A DNA stretch of 64,000 nucleotides from Octopus sinensis (GCF_006345805.1 NC_043026.1:3968001-4032000), one strand, 5' to 3'. Shown: positions 1 to 12,072, numbered from the stretch's first letter. Numbers and translations are program-made. Notes: generated by a model from the letters alone, not told the origin.

Positions 1-11
1 TGTGTGTGTAT

Positions 12-398
12 CCTTTACTTTTTACTTTTGTCAGTTATTTGATTGTGGCCATGCTGGGGCACCCTCTTGAAGAAATTTTAGTTGAATGAATCAACATCTG
101 CGTATTTTTTTTTCTTTTTTATGCCTGGTACTTAGTCTATCAGTCTCTTTTCCCAAACCACTAAGTTAAGGGTATGTAAACACACCAACACCGGTTGTCA
201 AACAGTGGTGGTGGTGGGGCAATCACAGACACAAAGACACATGCATATAGATGTGTGTGTGTGTGAGTGTGTGTAGATGAAGGGCTTCTTTCAGTTTCCA
301 TCTCCCAAATCCACTCACAAGGCTTTGGCCATCACCAGGGTATAGAAGATACTTGCCCAAAGTGCCATACAGTGGGACTGAACCCAGAACCATGTGGT
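12..398 (-). mobile_element. Degenerate tRNA-derived CORE-type SINE (family A)
   Basis: Diverged match to the family A consensus seen intact at 13421-13847; the 5' part of the head is missing. Confidence 0.75.
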
Positions 399-759
399 CT
401 GCCAATGCTTATAAAATAGAGAGAGAAAGGGGGAGAGAACAATGAGAAAATTGAAAAAATAAAATCAGTGCTTTACAAAGAAAGTTCCTTGAGATATTTG
501 TTTTGCATCCAGTCACTGACACTCCCTTGTTGCTTTCAGCTACCAGAAATGAAGTGAGCCAATATAGGCCTGTGCAAAACATTGATGTTATTATTTACTA
601 ATTGCGACAATTGAATAAAATACAATTAAAGAGGGGGGGGTCACAGAGCTCCAGCATGGCTGTGGACCAGGTAATGGTTAAAACAAATTAGAGAACTGAA
701 AGGCAGGAGCACATGTACTACAGGTGTGTTTGTGCGTTAATGAATCACACACAACTAAA

Positions 760-1950
760 GCTACCTCAGAGAAGGTATGAAAAGAAGGCAATTATCAAAA
801 CGGATAAATATGAGAGAGATGGGGGGGAGGCAAAGGAGGGAGAGAGAGACAAGGGAAGGAGAGAGACAAAGGAGGGAGAGAGATAGACAGAAGTGAAATG
901 AGAGGAGACAGAGGGGAGAGGGGAAAAGGAGGAAGACGAGAGGGGAGAGTATGAGGGATAGAAAGAGGAAGAAAGGAGAAAGGGAGAGGTGGTGTGAGTG
1001 GAGAGTAAGAGAGAAAGAAGGGGAAGGTAGGGCAAGAGAGAGCGAGAGAGAAGAGAGGAGAAGATAGAAATGGAAAGAGAGTAAGAAGGGAAGATAAGGA
1101 GATAGCAAGAGGGGAAGATAGAGAGACAGAGAGAGAGAGAAAGAGATAGAGCAACATAGAGAGAGACAGAGGAAAAAGAGAAGATAAAACGAGACAGAGA
1201 GAGAGAGAGAGAGAAGATGGAGCGAGAGACAGAGAGACAGAGAAAGAGATGGAGCAACATAGAGACAGACAGAGAAAAGAGAGAAAGGAAGATAAAACGA
1301 GACAGAGAGAGAGAGAAGATGGAGCGAGAGAGAGACAGAAAAAGAGATAGAGCAACATAGAGAGAGACAGAGAGAGAGAGAGAGAAGATAGAGCGAGAGA
1401 GAGACAGAGAGACAGAGAAAAGAGAGAAAGGAAGATAAAACGAGACAGAGAGAGAAGATGGAGCGAGAGAGAGACAGAAAAAGAGATAGAGCAACATAGA
1501 GAGAGACAGAGAGAGAGAGAGAGAAGATGGAGCGAGAGAGAGAGAGACAGAGAGAGAGAGAGAGAAGATGGAGCGAGAGAGAGAGAGAGACAGAGAAAGA
1601 GATAGAGCAACATAGAGAGACAGAGAGAGAGAGAGAGAGAGAAGCTGGAGCGAGAGAGAGAGAGAGAGAGACAGAGAAAGAGATAGAGCAACATAGAGAG
1701 AGACAGAGAGAGAGATAGAGCAACATAGAGAGAGACAGAAAAAGAGATAGAGCAACATAGAGAGACAGAGAGAGTGAGAGAGAAGATGGAGCGAGAGAGA
1801 GACAGAGAGAGAGAGAGAGAGACAGAGAGAGAGATAGAGCAACATAGAGAAAAAAGAGAGAAAGGAAGATAAAACGAGACAGAGAGAGAAGACGGAGCAA
1901 GGGAGAGACGGAGAGAGAGGAAGGAAGATGGTGGGGAGAAAAAGAGAATG
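760..1950. repeat. GA-rich compound microsatellite with higher-order units
   Basis: (GA)n interleaved with recurring GAAGATGGAGCGAGAG and GATAGAGCAACATAGAG blocks; source of the S/L-rich minus-strand ORFs. Confidence 0.95.
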
Positions 1951-2046
1951 AGGGAGAAAGCAAAAGAAACAAAACAGACGAATAAGTACTATGCCGGTGT
2001 CGCCTCATGGACAAGGAAAAGATTTAGCAAGGAAGAAAATAGAAGG

Positions 2047-2132
2047 GTAACCATGGTATTTAATAACCATGGTATTTATTAACCATGGTATTTATTAACC
2101 ATGGTATTTATTAACCATGGTATTTATTAACC
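2047..2132. repeat. 16-bp tandem repeat TAACCATGGTATTTAT x5
   Basis: Direct inspection; a further CCATGGTATTT follows the adjacent SINE at ~2511. Confidence 0.9.
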
Positions 2133-2512
2133 TGTGGAAGCACTCCGTCGGTTACGACGATGAGGGTTCCCGTTGATCCAATCAACGGAACAGCCTGGTC
2201 GTGAAATTAACGTGTAAGTGGCTGAGCACTCCACAGACACGTGTACCCTTAACATAGTTCTCGGGGATATTCAGCGTGACACAGAGAGTGACAAGGCCGG
2301 CCCTTTGAAATACAGGTACAACAGAAACAGGAAGTAAGAGTGAGAGAAAGTTGTGGTGAAAGAGTACAGCAGGGATCACCACCATCCCTGCTGGAGCCTT
2401 GTGGAGCTTTAGATGTTTTCGCTCAATAAACACTCACAACGCCCGGTCTGGGAATCGAAACCGCGATCCTACAACCGCGAGTCCGCTGCCCTAACCACTG
2501 GGCCATTGCGCC
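2133..2512 (-). mobile_element. tRNA-derived SINE (family D), near full length
   Basis: Minus strand begins GGCGCAATGGCCCAGTGGTTAGGGC (A box) ... GGTTTCGATTCCC (B box); same body recurs at 14724-15665. Confidence 0.85.
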
Positions 2513-2696
2513 ATGGTATTTCTTAAACACTCACTCACCCAACCTCAAATACACAAACTATATATATAAGATGGATCATTTTTTTTTTTTACCTTTAAGA
2601 AGGTACAGTCATCGGAACTATAAATGCCTCATGAGAAATGGGAACAAAAATAGAAAATTATCAAGTGCGGGCATAGCAATGCGGTTAAGAAGTTCA

Positions 2697-2857
2697 CATG
2701 GCCGTGTGGTAAGAAGCCTGCTTCCCAACCACATGGTTCCGGGTTCAGTCCCACTGCATGGCACCTTGTGCAAGTGTCTTCTATTATAGCTTCGGGCTGA
2801 CCAAAGCCTTATGTATGGATTTGGTAGACGGAAACAGAAAGAAGCCCGTCATATATG
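2697..2857 (+). mobile_element. Family A SINE, head and CORE only
   Basis: TGGCCGTGTGG A box, GGTTCAGTCCC B box, CCTTGTGCAAGT CORE-like motif. Confidence 0.85.
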
Positions 2858-2989
2858 TTTGCCTTTTAAGTGCTGTGGTTTTACTGGAATTTCCCTTTTA
2901 AGAAGAAAGAATAGCCAAAACTCTTTGACTGCTATTTCTAAATTTGGTGTGTGGTGAGGCAAATCATTGCTAAACCCTTAATTATTTAG

Positions 2990-3023
<34 letters not shown>

Positions 3024-3026
3024 ACG

Positions 3027-3288
3027 GCCGGTGGCACGTAAAATGCACCAATCCGACCGTGGCGTTGCCAGCCTCACCTAGCACCTGTGCAGGTGGCACG
3101 TAAAAAGCACCCACTACATTCTCGGAGTGGTTGGCATTAGGAAGGGCATCCAGCTGTAGAAACACTGCCAGATAAGACTGGAGCCTGGTGCAGCCTCCTG
3201 GCTTCTCAGATCCCCCGTCGAACCGTCCAACCCATGCTAGCATGGAGAACAGACGTTAAATGATGATGATGATGATGATGATGATGAT
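3027..3288 (+). mobile_element. Family E short retroposon with (GAT)n tail
   Basis: GTGGCACGTAAAAAGCACCC...GGTTGGCATTAGGAAGGGCATCCAGCTGTAGAAAC...GACGTTAAA(TGA)n; about 10 copies in the window. Confidence 0.8.
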
Positions 3289-3797
3289 ATATATGTATGT
3301 ATGTATGTATGTATGTGTGTGTGTGTGTGTATATGTTTGTGCGTCTGTGTTTGTCCCCCAACATCGCTTGACAACCGATGCCGGTGTGTTTACCTCCCCG
3401 TAACTTAGCGGTTCAGCAAAACAGAACTAAGTCTTTGGGAGTGGATTTGGTAGATGGAAACTGAAAGAAGCTTGTTGCGTGTGTGTGTGTCTTTGTGCCT
3501 GTGCTTGCCCCTACCCCCCATCACCACTTGACATCCAGTGTTGGTGTTTTTATGTACCCGTAATGTAGCAGTTCAGCAAAAGAGACCAATTGTGAACTGA
3601 ATGCTCTAACCACTGAGTGGTTGGCGTTAGGAAGGGCATCCAGCTGTAGAAACTCTGCTAGATCAGGATTGGAGCCTGGTGCAGCCATCCGGCTCGCCAG
3701 CCCTCAGTCAAAATTGTTCAACCTATGCTAGCATGGAAAGCGGACGTTAAACGATGATGATGATGATGATGATATATATATATATATATATATATAT

Positions 3798-3990
3798 AAG
3801 AAAGCACAAAAAAACACAACAATGCGAGGACGTGGAACAAATATAGTATTATTGGATGCTCAGGAAGGAAGGAAAGAAGGAGGGTTTAACGTTTCGAGTG
3901 GAACTCTTCATCGGAAACATAGGAGATGGAAAGATCCAGAGAAGGGATGGCAGAGGAAAAATATCACCAACGGTACACACGAGGTCACAT
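3798..3990 (-). mobile_element. Hammerhead-bearing ~200-bp element, family P1 (Penelope pseudo-LTR-like)
   Basis: Reverse complement of 43737-43935 and 54531-54745; flanked by (TA)n on both sides. Confidence 0.75.
3884..3918 (-). ncRNA. Minimal type I hammerhead ribozyme motif (P1, core CCGATGA)
   Basis: GTTT-CCGATGA-A-GAGT-TCC-ACTC-GAAA-C-GTT-AAAC: stem I GTTT/AAAC, stem II GAGT/ACTC, palindromic ACGT stem III. Confidence 0.7.
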
Positions 3991-4017
3991 TTTGAAAAGA
4001 ATATATATATATATATA

Positions 4018-4676
4018 TATCATCATCATCATCATTTAACGTCTGTTTTCCGTGCTAGCACGGGTTGGACAGTTCGACCAGGGTCTGGGAAGCCAGGAGG
4101 CTGCACCAGGCTCCAGTCTGATCTGGCAGTGTTTCTACAGCTGGATGCCCTTCCTAATGCCAACCACTCTGTGAGTGTAGTGGATGCTTTTTACGTGCCA
4201 CCGGCACAGGTGCCAGGGAGTGCTGGCAGCGGCCACGATCGGCTGGTGCTTTTTACATACCACCGGCACAGAAGCCAGTCAAGGCGGTGCTGGCATCGGC
4301 TAGGTGGCGCTGGCATCGGCTAAGTGACGCTGATATCGGCTAGGCGGCGCTGGCATCGGCTAGGCGGCGCTGGCATCGGCTAGGCGGCACTGACATCGGC
4401 TAGGCAGCGTTGGCATCGGCTAGGCAGTGCTGGCATCGGCTAGGCAGCGCTGGCATCGGCTAGGCGGCGCTGGCATCGGCTAGGCGGCGCTGGCATCGGC
4501 CAGGCGGCGCTGGCATCGGCTAGGCGGTGCTGACATCAGCTAGGCGGCGCTGGCATCGGCTAGGCGGTGCTGGCATCGGCTAGGCGGTGCTGACATCGGC
4601 TAGGCGGCGCTGGCATCGGCTAGACAGTGCTGGCATCAGCTAGGCGGTGCTAGCATCGGCTAGGCAGCACTGGCAT
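4018..4676 (-). mobile_element. Family E retroposon with internal minisatellite
   Basis: (CAT)n tail at ~4021, family E body, then a 20-bp array. Confidence 0.8.
4282..4676. repeat. 20-bp GC-rich minisatellite TAGGCGGCGCTGGCATCGGC x~20
   Basis: Exact 20-bp period, visible as column alignment in consecutive lines. Confidence 0.95.
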
Positions 4677-4681
4677 ATCAC

Positions 4682-4931
4682 AATTCAAATACACAACCAA
4701 AAGATCTACTGATAGTTACATGCTTTTATGATACTTGAACAGGAATATTTATAAAATATGCCATTTGCATTTTTTTAGGCTCTGATTATGCAAGAAAAAA
4801 AATTATATATAACGCATAAACAAAGTCTGAGAGATTGCTTTAAGACACATGCCGGATTCTATAAACATGCCTGTTCAAGTATCATAAAAGCATGAAACTA
4901 TCGGTAGCTCTTTCAGTTGTGTATTTAAATT
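4682..4931. mobile_element. MITE-like hairpin element with ~62-bp terminal inverted repeats
   Basis: 4682-4743 and 4870-4931 are reverse complements at about 56/62. Confidence 0.7.
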
Positions 4932-5218
4932 GATATTTATCTCTCACTGGAAAGAACACTTATTTTTATTGATTCTACCTCTACTGCATCTTTAAACTCT
5001 GTCTCCATCTCTGTCTCTCTTTCTGCCCTAATGCATATACATAAAATCTTGTGCATTGAAAATCCTCCTTTGAACATCCTCCTGAAAAACTTCATCGCAA
5101 AAATGAACGAGTGTAGAAACCTTTATGGACAGATTTGAGACATTACTTTTCCATTATCAGATTTATTTGATTTGATCAATGTACAAATATAAATATTATT
5201 ATTATTATTATTATTATT

Positions 5219-5460
5219 GAGTGAGAGAGCAGTGCATGACATCAAAGTAACACTGGGGTAAAATATACGAAGCCCAATATACCCATCATGACTACCCGTC
5301 TGATAAGGGTACACCAGGCACATGCATCACAACCATATGTGCGCGACATGGTGATCTCATATCAAGATAAACAGCGCATGACCTTGCGGGTGGGGCCCAG
5401 TTAGAATTTTCTTCAGGTCGAGTAGCCCATCCCGCTCAAAAGGTCCCCGAATAAGGGTTG
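5219..5460 (-). mobile_element. 242-bp unclassified insert between two (TTA)n tracts, probably a LINE 3' UTR
   Basis: Bounded by (TTA)n at 5194-5218 and 5461-5483; non-coding; orientation inferred from the neighbouring element. Confidence 0.5.
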
Positions 5461-5483
5461 TTATTATTATTATTATTATTATT

Positions 5484-5648
5484 GATTTGACTCTGGTTTA
5501 TTCTTTTTCCAGATAGAGTTTAAACAGGATGCAAGTTACTACCTGTAACATTAGGTATCCACAAGTTTTCAACAGCCTTGCAGGTGATTAAAACCTTCCT
5601 GATAATCTTTCCTGCCCCTAAGAGGCAAACCTTCTGTAGAAGCTCTGC
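5484..5648 (-). mobile_element. R4/Dong-like non-LTR retrotransposon 3' end
   Basis: Minus strand encodes AELLQKVCLLGAGKIIRKVL, matching the recalled R4-clade C-terminal motif (QK..LLGTA.I.RKVL); 3' UTR ends in (AAT)n. Confidence 0.65.
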
Positions 5649-6150
5649 GGCGAGCTGGCAGAAACGTTAGCACACTGGGCGAAATACTTAGCGGTATTTC
5701 GTCTGCCGCTACGTCCTGAGTTCAAATTCCGCCGAGGTCGACTTTGCCTTTCATCCTTTCGGGGTCGATTAAATAAGTACCAGTTACGCACTGGGGTCGA
5801 TGTAATCCACTTAATCCATTTGTCTGTCCTTGTTTGTCCCCTCTGTATTTAGCCCCTTGTGGGTAGTAAAGAAATAGGTATTTTGTCTGCCGTAACGTTC
5901 TGAGTTCAAATTCCACCAAGGTTGACATTGCCTTTCATCCTTTCAGGGTCGATTAAATAAGTACCAGTTATGCACTGGGGTCGATGTAATCGACTTAATC
6001 CGTTTGTCTGTCCTTGTTTTTTGTTCCCTCTGTGTTTAGCCCCTTGTGGGTAGTAAAGAAATAGGTATTTCGTCAGCCGTTATGTTCTGAGTTCAAATTC
6101 CGCCGAGGTTGACATTGCCTTTCATACTATCGGGGTCAATTAAATAAGTC
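5647..6150 (+). mobile_element. tRNA-derived SINE family B, multimer
   Basis: Head GCGGCGAGCTGGCAGAAACG with B box GAGTTCAAATTCC; ~185-bp body repeated with junction AAGAAATAG|GTATTT. Confidence 0.85.
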
Positions 6151-6546
6151 CAGCGACTGCTGAACTTCCATAAACAACCTTGCCTGGACTTGTGCCGCGG
6201 AGGGGACATTTCTAGGTGCAATCCCATGGTCTTTCATAACCGAAAGGGGTCTTTACCCTTTCTTCTATGTACATATAATGGCATGGAGAGAGGAGGTTGG
6301 CATGCATGGGCTACTACTGAACTTCCATAAACAACCTTGCCCGGACTTGTGCCTCGGAGGGTAACTTTCTATGTGCAGTCCCATGGTTCTTCATGACTAA
6401 AGGGGATCTTTACCCCTGTTTTAAAGGGATGTAAATCAAAACTTTCTCCCGTCGACATTTTGTGTGAATTTATGTTCTGAATACCAGCTTAATACCGACA
6501 AAGTCATTTTACTAAATTCTTCATTTACTTCAATATTAATTTAAAT

Positions 6547-7120
6547 GTGTGGTAAGAAGCTTGCTTACCAACCACATGGTTTTAAGTACAATCCCACTGC
6601 ATGGCAACCTGGGAAAGTGTCTCCTACTACAGCCTCAGACTGACCAATGCTTTGTGAGTAGATTTGATAGACCGCAACTGAAAGAAGCCCAAATATGTGT
6701 GTATGTGTGTGTGTGTGTGTCTACCTATTTCTTTATTACCCACAAGGGGCTAAAGTCAGAGGGGACAAACAAGGACAGACATAGGTATTAAGTCGATTAC
6801 ATCAACCCCAGTGCGTAACTGGTACTTAATTTATCGACCTCGAAAGGATGAAAGGAAAAGTCGATCTCGGCGGAATTTGAACTCAGAACGTAACAGCAGA
6901 CGAAATACCGCTCAGCATTTCGCCCGGCATGCTAACGTTTCTGCCAGGTGTCTACCATCACTTGACAAACCAGTGTTGGTGTGTTTACGTCCCTGTAACC
7001 TAGCAGTTCGGTAAATGAGACCTACAGAATAAATACCAAGCTTTACGAAAGTAACAAATAAGTACTACGGTTAATTCGTTTGGCTACAAGTTCTTCAAAG
7101 TGGTGCCCCAGCATGGCCAC
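6547..7120. mobile_element. Nested SINEs: family A (+) interrupted by family B (-, 6722-6948)
   Basis: Family A head 6547-6720, family B reverse complement, then family A tail fragment. Confidence 0.7.
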
Positions 7121-7124
7121 AACA

Positions 7125-7345
7125 AATCGAAGGAGAGGAGCTTTCTCCGTCCAGGTTGCAGATCCGTGGAATAAGCTGCCAGACGAGATAGTGAAGATGC
7201 CGACGACTGCTTGGTTCAAAGTCTCTCTTGACCAGAAATGGCCTGAACTCTTTACATGAACACCACCCTGTACATAACTCCATGCCCCCCTACATGGCCT
7301 TGCATTTTGCTTTTTGAGCCCAAAAATTAACAAACTAACTAACTC
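7125..7345 (+). mobile_element. CR1-group LINE 3' end (family CR1-b)
   Basis: Encodes RRRGAFSVQVADPWNKLPDEIVKMP...WPELFT*; 3' UTR near-identical to 21813-21905. Confidence 0.85.
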
Positions 7346-7348
7346 TCT

Positions 7349-7917
7349 CTTACTCTTTTACTTGTTTCAGTCATTTTGACTGTGGCCATGCTGGAGCACC
7401 GCCTTTAATCGAGCAACTCGACCCCGGGACTTATTCTTTTGTAAGCCCAGTACTTACTCTATCGGTCGCTTTTGCCGAACCGCTAAGTAATGGGGACATA
7501 AACACACCAGCATCGGTTGTCAAGCAATGCTAGGGGGACAAACACAGACACACAAACACACACATGCATATATATATACATATATATGACGGGCTTCTTT
7601 CAGTTTCCGTCTACCAAATCCACTCACAAGGCTTTGGTCGGCCCGAGGCTATAGTAGAAGACACTTGCCCAAGGTGCCATGCAGTGGGACTGAACCCAGA
7701 ACCATGTGGTTGGTAAACAAGCTACTTACCACACAGCCACTCCTGCGCCTATATATATGACGGGCTTCTTTCAGTTTCCGTCTACCAAATCCACTCACAA
7801 GGCTTTGGTCGGCCCGAGGCTACAGTAGAAGACACTTGCCCAAGGTGCCATGCAGTGGGACTGAACCCAGAACCATGTGGTTGGTAAACAAGCTACTTAC
7901 CACACAGCCTGCGCCTA
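7349..7917 (-). mobile_element. Family A SINE, full length, plus duplicated head
   Basis: Full copy 7349-7751; head and CORE repeated at 7752-7917. Confidence 0.9.
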
Positions 7918-8159
7918 TAACAAGTAAAACATAAAAGATATTTCAACAGAAAAATCGTAACAAAGAATTTAAAGGGGTCAAAAAAAGGGAAAACTCTTGT
8001 AGAATGGTAACCAGAATCAGCAGGGCAGGTTTATGTAACAAGAAGAAATTGGGGTAAGTGAAATTGCCAGATTTCTGTTTGTTATTATTACAAAGGGGAG
8101 GGGAACAATAAAATAATAGTAAAAGGTAGGGAAAAGATAAATATTGCTAAGACAGATGG

Positions 8160-8487
8160 TAAGAGCGATCTAAAGGTAAGATAATCAGATGGGTGATGTG
8201 AGATGTGACTGATTTGCAGGGAAGGGAAGATGGGAGAGGGGGAGAGGGAGAGAGAGGAAGGGAGTGAGAGTGAGTGAGAGAGAGAGGGCGAAAGTTAGGG
8301 AGAGGGATGGGAGACAGAGATAGGGAGAGACAGATAGACAGAAAGGAAATGAGAGGAGAAGAGAAGGGAAGATGAGAGAGGGGAGAGGGGGAGAGAGAGA
8401 GAGAGAGGAAGGGAGTGAGAGAGAGAGAGAGAGAGTAGTGAGAGAGAGAGAGAGAGAGGAGGAGAGAGAGAGAGAGGAGAGAGAAGT

Positions 8488-8536
<49 letters not shown>

Positions 8537-8606
8537 GCAGAAAATGAGAGGTAGAGAGAGAGAGAGAGAAAGAGACAGACGAATAAGCAGAAAATGGGAC
8601 AGAAAT

Positions 8607-8645
<39 letters not shown>

Positions 8646-9610
8646 GCAGGCAGGCATGCAGGCAGACACGCAGACAGACAGACACGCAGACAGACAGGCA
8701 GGCAGGCAGGCAGACACCCAACAGAGAGAGAAAATGGAAGTCTGAGAAGAAAAATCTGAGAGAGGGAAATAAACTTAGAATGAGAGAACAACAAATACAG
8801 AAGAATGAATAAAAAAAGAGGAAGAAAGGGAGGGATGGAAAGAAGAGAAGAGAGAAGCAAAGAGAGAGAGAGATAAGAGAGAGAGAGAGAGAAGTAGACA
8901 AAGAGAGAAGCAGAGAGAGAGAGAGAGAGAAGTAGTGAGAGAGAGAGAGAGAAGTAGACAAAGAGAGAAGCAGAGAGAGAGAGAGAGAAGTAGTGAGAGA
9001 GAGAGAGAAGTAGAGAGTGAGAGAGAAGTAGAGAGTGAGAGAGAAGTAGAGAGTGAGAGAGAAGTAGAGAGTGAGAGAGAAGTAGAGAGTGAGAGAAAAA
9101 TAGAGAGAGATAAGTAGAGGGAGAGAAGTAGTGAGAGAGAGAAGTAGAGAGAGAGAGAGAGGTAGAGAGAGAGAATTAAAGAGAGAGAGAGAAGTAGAGA
9201 GAGAGAGAAGTAGAGAGAGAGAGAAAAATAGAGAGAGATAAGTAGAGGGAGAGAAGTAGTGAGAGAGAGAAGTAGAGAGAGAGAGAGAGGTAGAGAGAGA
9301 GAGAAGTAGAGAGAGAGAAGTAGTGAGAGAGAGAAGTAATGAGAGAGAGAGGTAGAGAGAGAGAGAAGTAGAGAGAGAAGTATAAAGAGAGAAGTAGAGA
9401 GAGAGGAGAGAGAAGCAAAACGAGAAGCAGAAAGAGAGAGAGAGGGAAGATGAGAAAGATAGAATCAGAGAGAGAGAAAAGGCAGAGAGGGAAGCTAAGA
9501 AAGGGAGAGAGACAAGCAGAGAGGGAGAGAGACAAGCAGAGAGGGAGAGAGAGAGAGAGAAAGGGAAAAATAGAGAGAAGGAGAGAGAGAGGTAAAATTA
9601 AGAGAGAAAG
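8160..9610. repeat. GA/GACA/GGCA compound microsatellite
   Basis: Purine-rich simple repeats including GAGAGAAGTAGT sub-units. Confidence 0.95.
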
Positions 9611-9644
9611 AAATGGGACAAACTCACAGATGTTAAGAGCGAAA

Positions 9645-9748
9645 ATAATAATAATAATAATAGTAATAGTAATAGTAATAGTAATAATGATAATAATAAT
9701 AATGATAATAATAATAATGATAATAATAATAATAATAATAATAATAAT
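9645..9748. repeat. (AAT)n microsatellite
   Basis: Direct inspection. Confidence 0.95.
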
Positions 9749-10167
9749 GTAGAGTAGAAGAGCCAAAAGTGGGACAATCACAAACCAATCCCAATTGCAT
9801 ATCAGTAAAGAAAAAAAAGACAAAAACAAAAACAAAAATACAACAAAATAGATAAAAAAAAAACAGAAAATAGAAAAGAAGGTGGCAGCATGGGTTGAAC
9901 AAGGTAATCAGGGCAATGAGAACAAGAACAAGAACAAGAAGTGCTAACAAACAACCTAACATTTCTACAACAGAAACAGGCAAGAAAAGTAACACAAAAT
10001 AGCCCATGTGCTGTGTCCTAAATCGAAAAAAGACTTCAGTGATAAACATCCTTAAAGCAACAGCGAAGATTTCAATTACACACACATGCACACACAGACA
10101 CACACACACAACATTAAATTTCTGATTTTCTATGATTGATTGATTCTTTTCCCAATTGAGGAAAGGT

Positions 10168-10890
10168 GGATCTTTTCAGTTTGAACGGCAGTTTTTAACA
10201 TAATTTCTAGGTAACTAAAAAATTTTAAACTTCGTATACTGGTAGAATGTGTTTATAAAACATCTTTTTCTCTTGGCTTTATTGAGAAAATTCTATAGTT
10301 TGTAAGATATTTGGGATCTTTTCGGTTTGAACGGCAGTTTTTAACATAATTTCTAGGTAACTAAAAATTTAAACTTCGTATACTGGTAGAATGTGTTTAT
10401 AAAACATCTTTTTCTCTTGGCTTTATTGAGAAAATTCTATAGTTTGTAAGATATTTGGGATCTTTTCAGTTTGAACGGCAGTTTTTAACATAATTTCTAG
10501 GTAACTAAAAAATTTTAAACTTCGTATACTGGTAGAATGTGTTTATAAAACATCTTTTTCTCTTGGCTTTATTGAGAAAATTCTATAGTTTGTAAGATAT
10601 TTGGGATCTTTTCGGTTTGAACGGCAGTTTTTAACATAATTTCTAGGTAACTAAAAATTTTAAACTTCGTATACTGGTAGAATGTGTTTATAAAACATCT
10701 TTTTCTCTTGGCTTTATTGAGAAAATTCTATAGTTTGTAAGATATTTGGGATCTTTTCGGTTTGAACGGCAGTTTTTAACATAATTTCTAGGTAACTAAA
10801 AATTTAAACTTCGTATACTGGTAGAATGTGTTTATAAAACATCTTTTTCTCTTGGCTTTATTGAGAAAATTCTATAGTTTGTAAGATATT
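10168..10890. repeat. ~145-bp tandem array x5 derived from a MITE arm
   Basis: Units start GGATCTTTTC at ~10168, 10314, 10458, 10604, 10749; homologous to the arm of the 45341-46714 element. Confidence 0.9.
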
Positions 10891-11033
10891 TGTTGTTTTT
10901 TTTCTTCTTCAATTTCTGCAGTTTCAACCTATCACTGACGTCCATTGAGGTAAAAAACATTCTGTGCCGTTTGAATATGTCCCTCGTTTAAGAAACAGAT
11001 TGGGTTTATTTACATTTGTGAAGAAAAAAAAGA

Positions 11034-12034
11034 TAGGCGTAGGACTGGCTGTGTGGTAAGTAGCTTGTTTACCAACCACATGGTTCCGGGTTCAGTCCCA
11101 CTGCATGGCATCATGGGCAAGTGCCTTCTGCTATAGCCCCGGGCCGACCAATGCCTTGTGAGTGGATTTGGTAGATGGAAACTGAAAGAAGCCTGTCGTA
11201 TATATGTGTGTGTATGTGTTTGTCTCCCTAGCATTGCTTGACAACCGATGCTGGTGTGCTTACGTCCCCGTCACTTAGCAGTTCGGCAAAAGAGACCGAT
11301 AGAATAAGTACTGGGCTTATAAAGAATAAGTCCTGGGGTCGATTTGCTCGACTAAAGGCGGTGCTCCAGCATGGCCACACGCACACACACAACATTAAAT
11401 TTCTGATTTTCTACGATTGATTGATTCCTTTCCCAATTGAGGAGTGATGGATCTTTTCGGTTTGAACGGCAGTTTTTAACATAATTTCTAGGTAACTAAA
11501 AAAATGTTTAAACTTCATATAGGCGCAGGAGTGGTTGTGTGGTAAGTAGCTTGCTTACCAACCACATGGTTCCGGGTTCAGTCCCACTGCATGGCATCTT
11601 GGGCAAGTGTCTTCTGCTATAGCCCCAGGCCGACCAATGCCTTGTGAGTGGATTTGGTAGATGGAAATCCGCCGAGGTCAACTTTGCCTTTCATCCATTT
11701 GGGATCGATAAATTAAGTACCAGTTACGCACTGGAGGTCGATGTAATCGGCTTAATCCCTTTGTCTGCCCTTGTTTGTCCCCTCTATGTTTAGCCCCTTG
11801 TGGGCAGTGAAGAAATAAGAAACTGAAAGAAGCCCACCGTGTGTGTATGTGGTGTGTGTGTGTGAGTGTGTGTGTGTATGTAGGTACAAACATGGCTGTG
11901 TAGTAAGAAGCTTGCTTTTTAACCACATGGTTCCAGGTTCAGTCCCACTGTGTGGTACCTTGGGCAAATGTCTTCTACTGGCTAAGCAAAGCTTTGTGAG
12001 TGGATTTGATAGGCAGAAACTGAGAGAAGCCCAC

Positions 12035-12072
<38 letters not shown>

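Noticed and set aside
761-2014. 417-aa and overlapping S/L-rich ORFs
   Set aside because: Translations of (TC)n microsatellite; the same applies to the H/T, Y/I, C/V and E/R-rich ORFs throughout the track.
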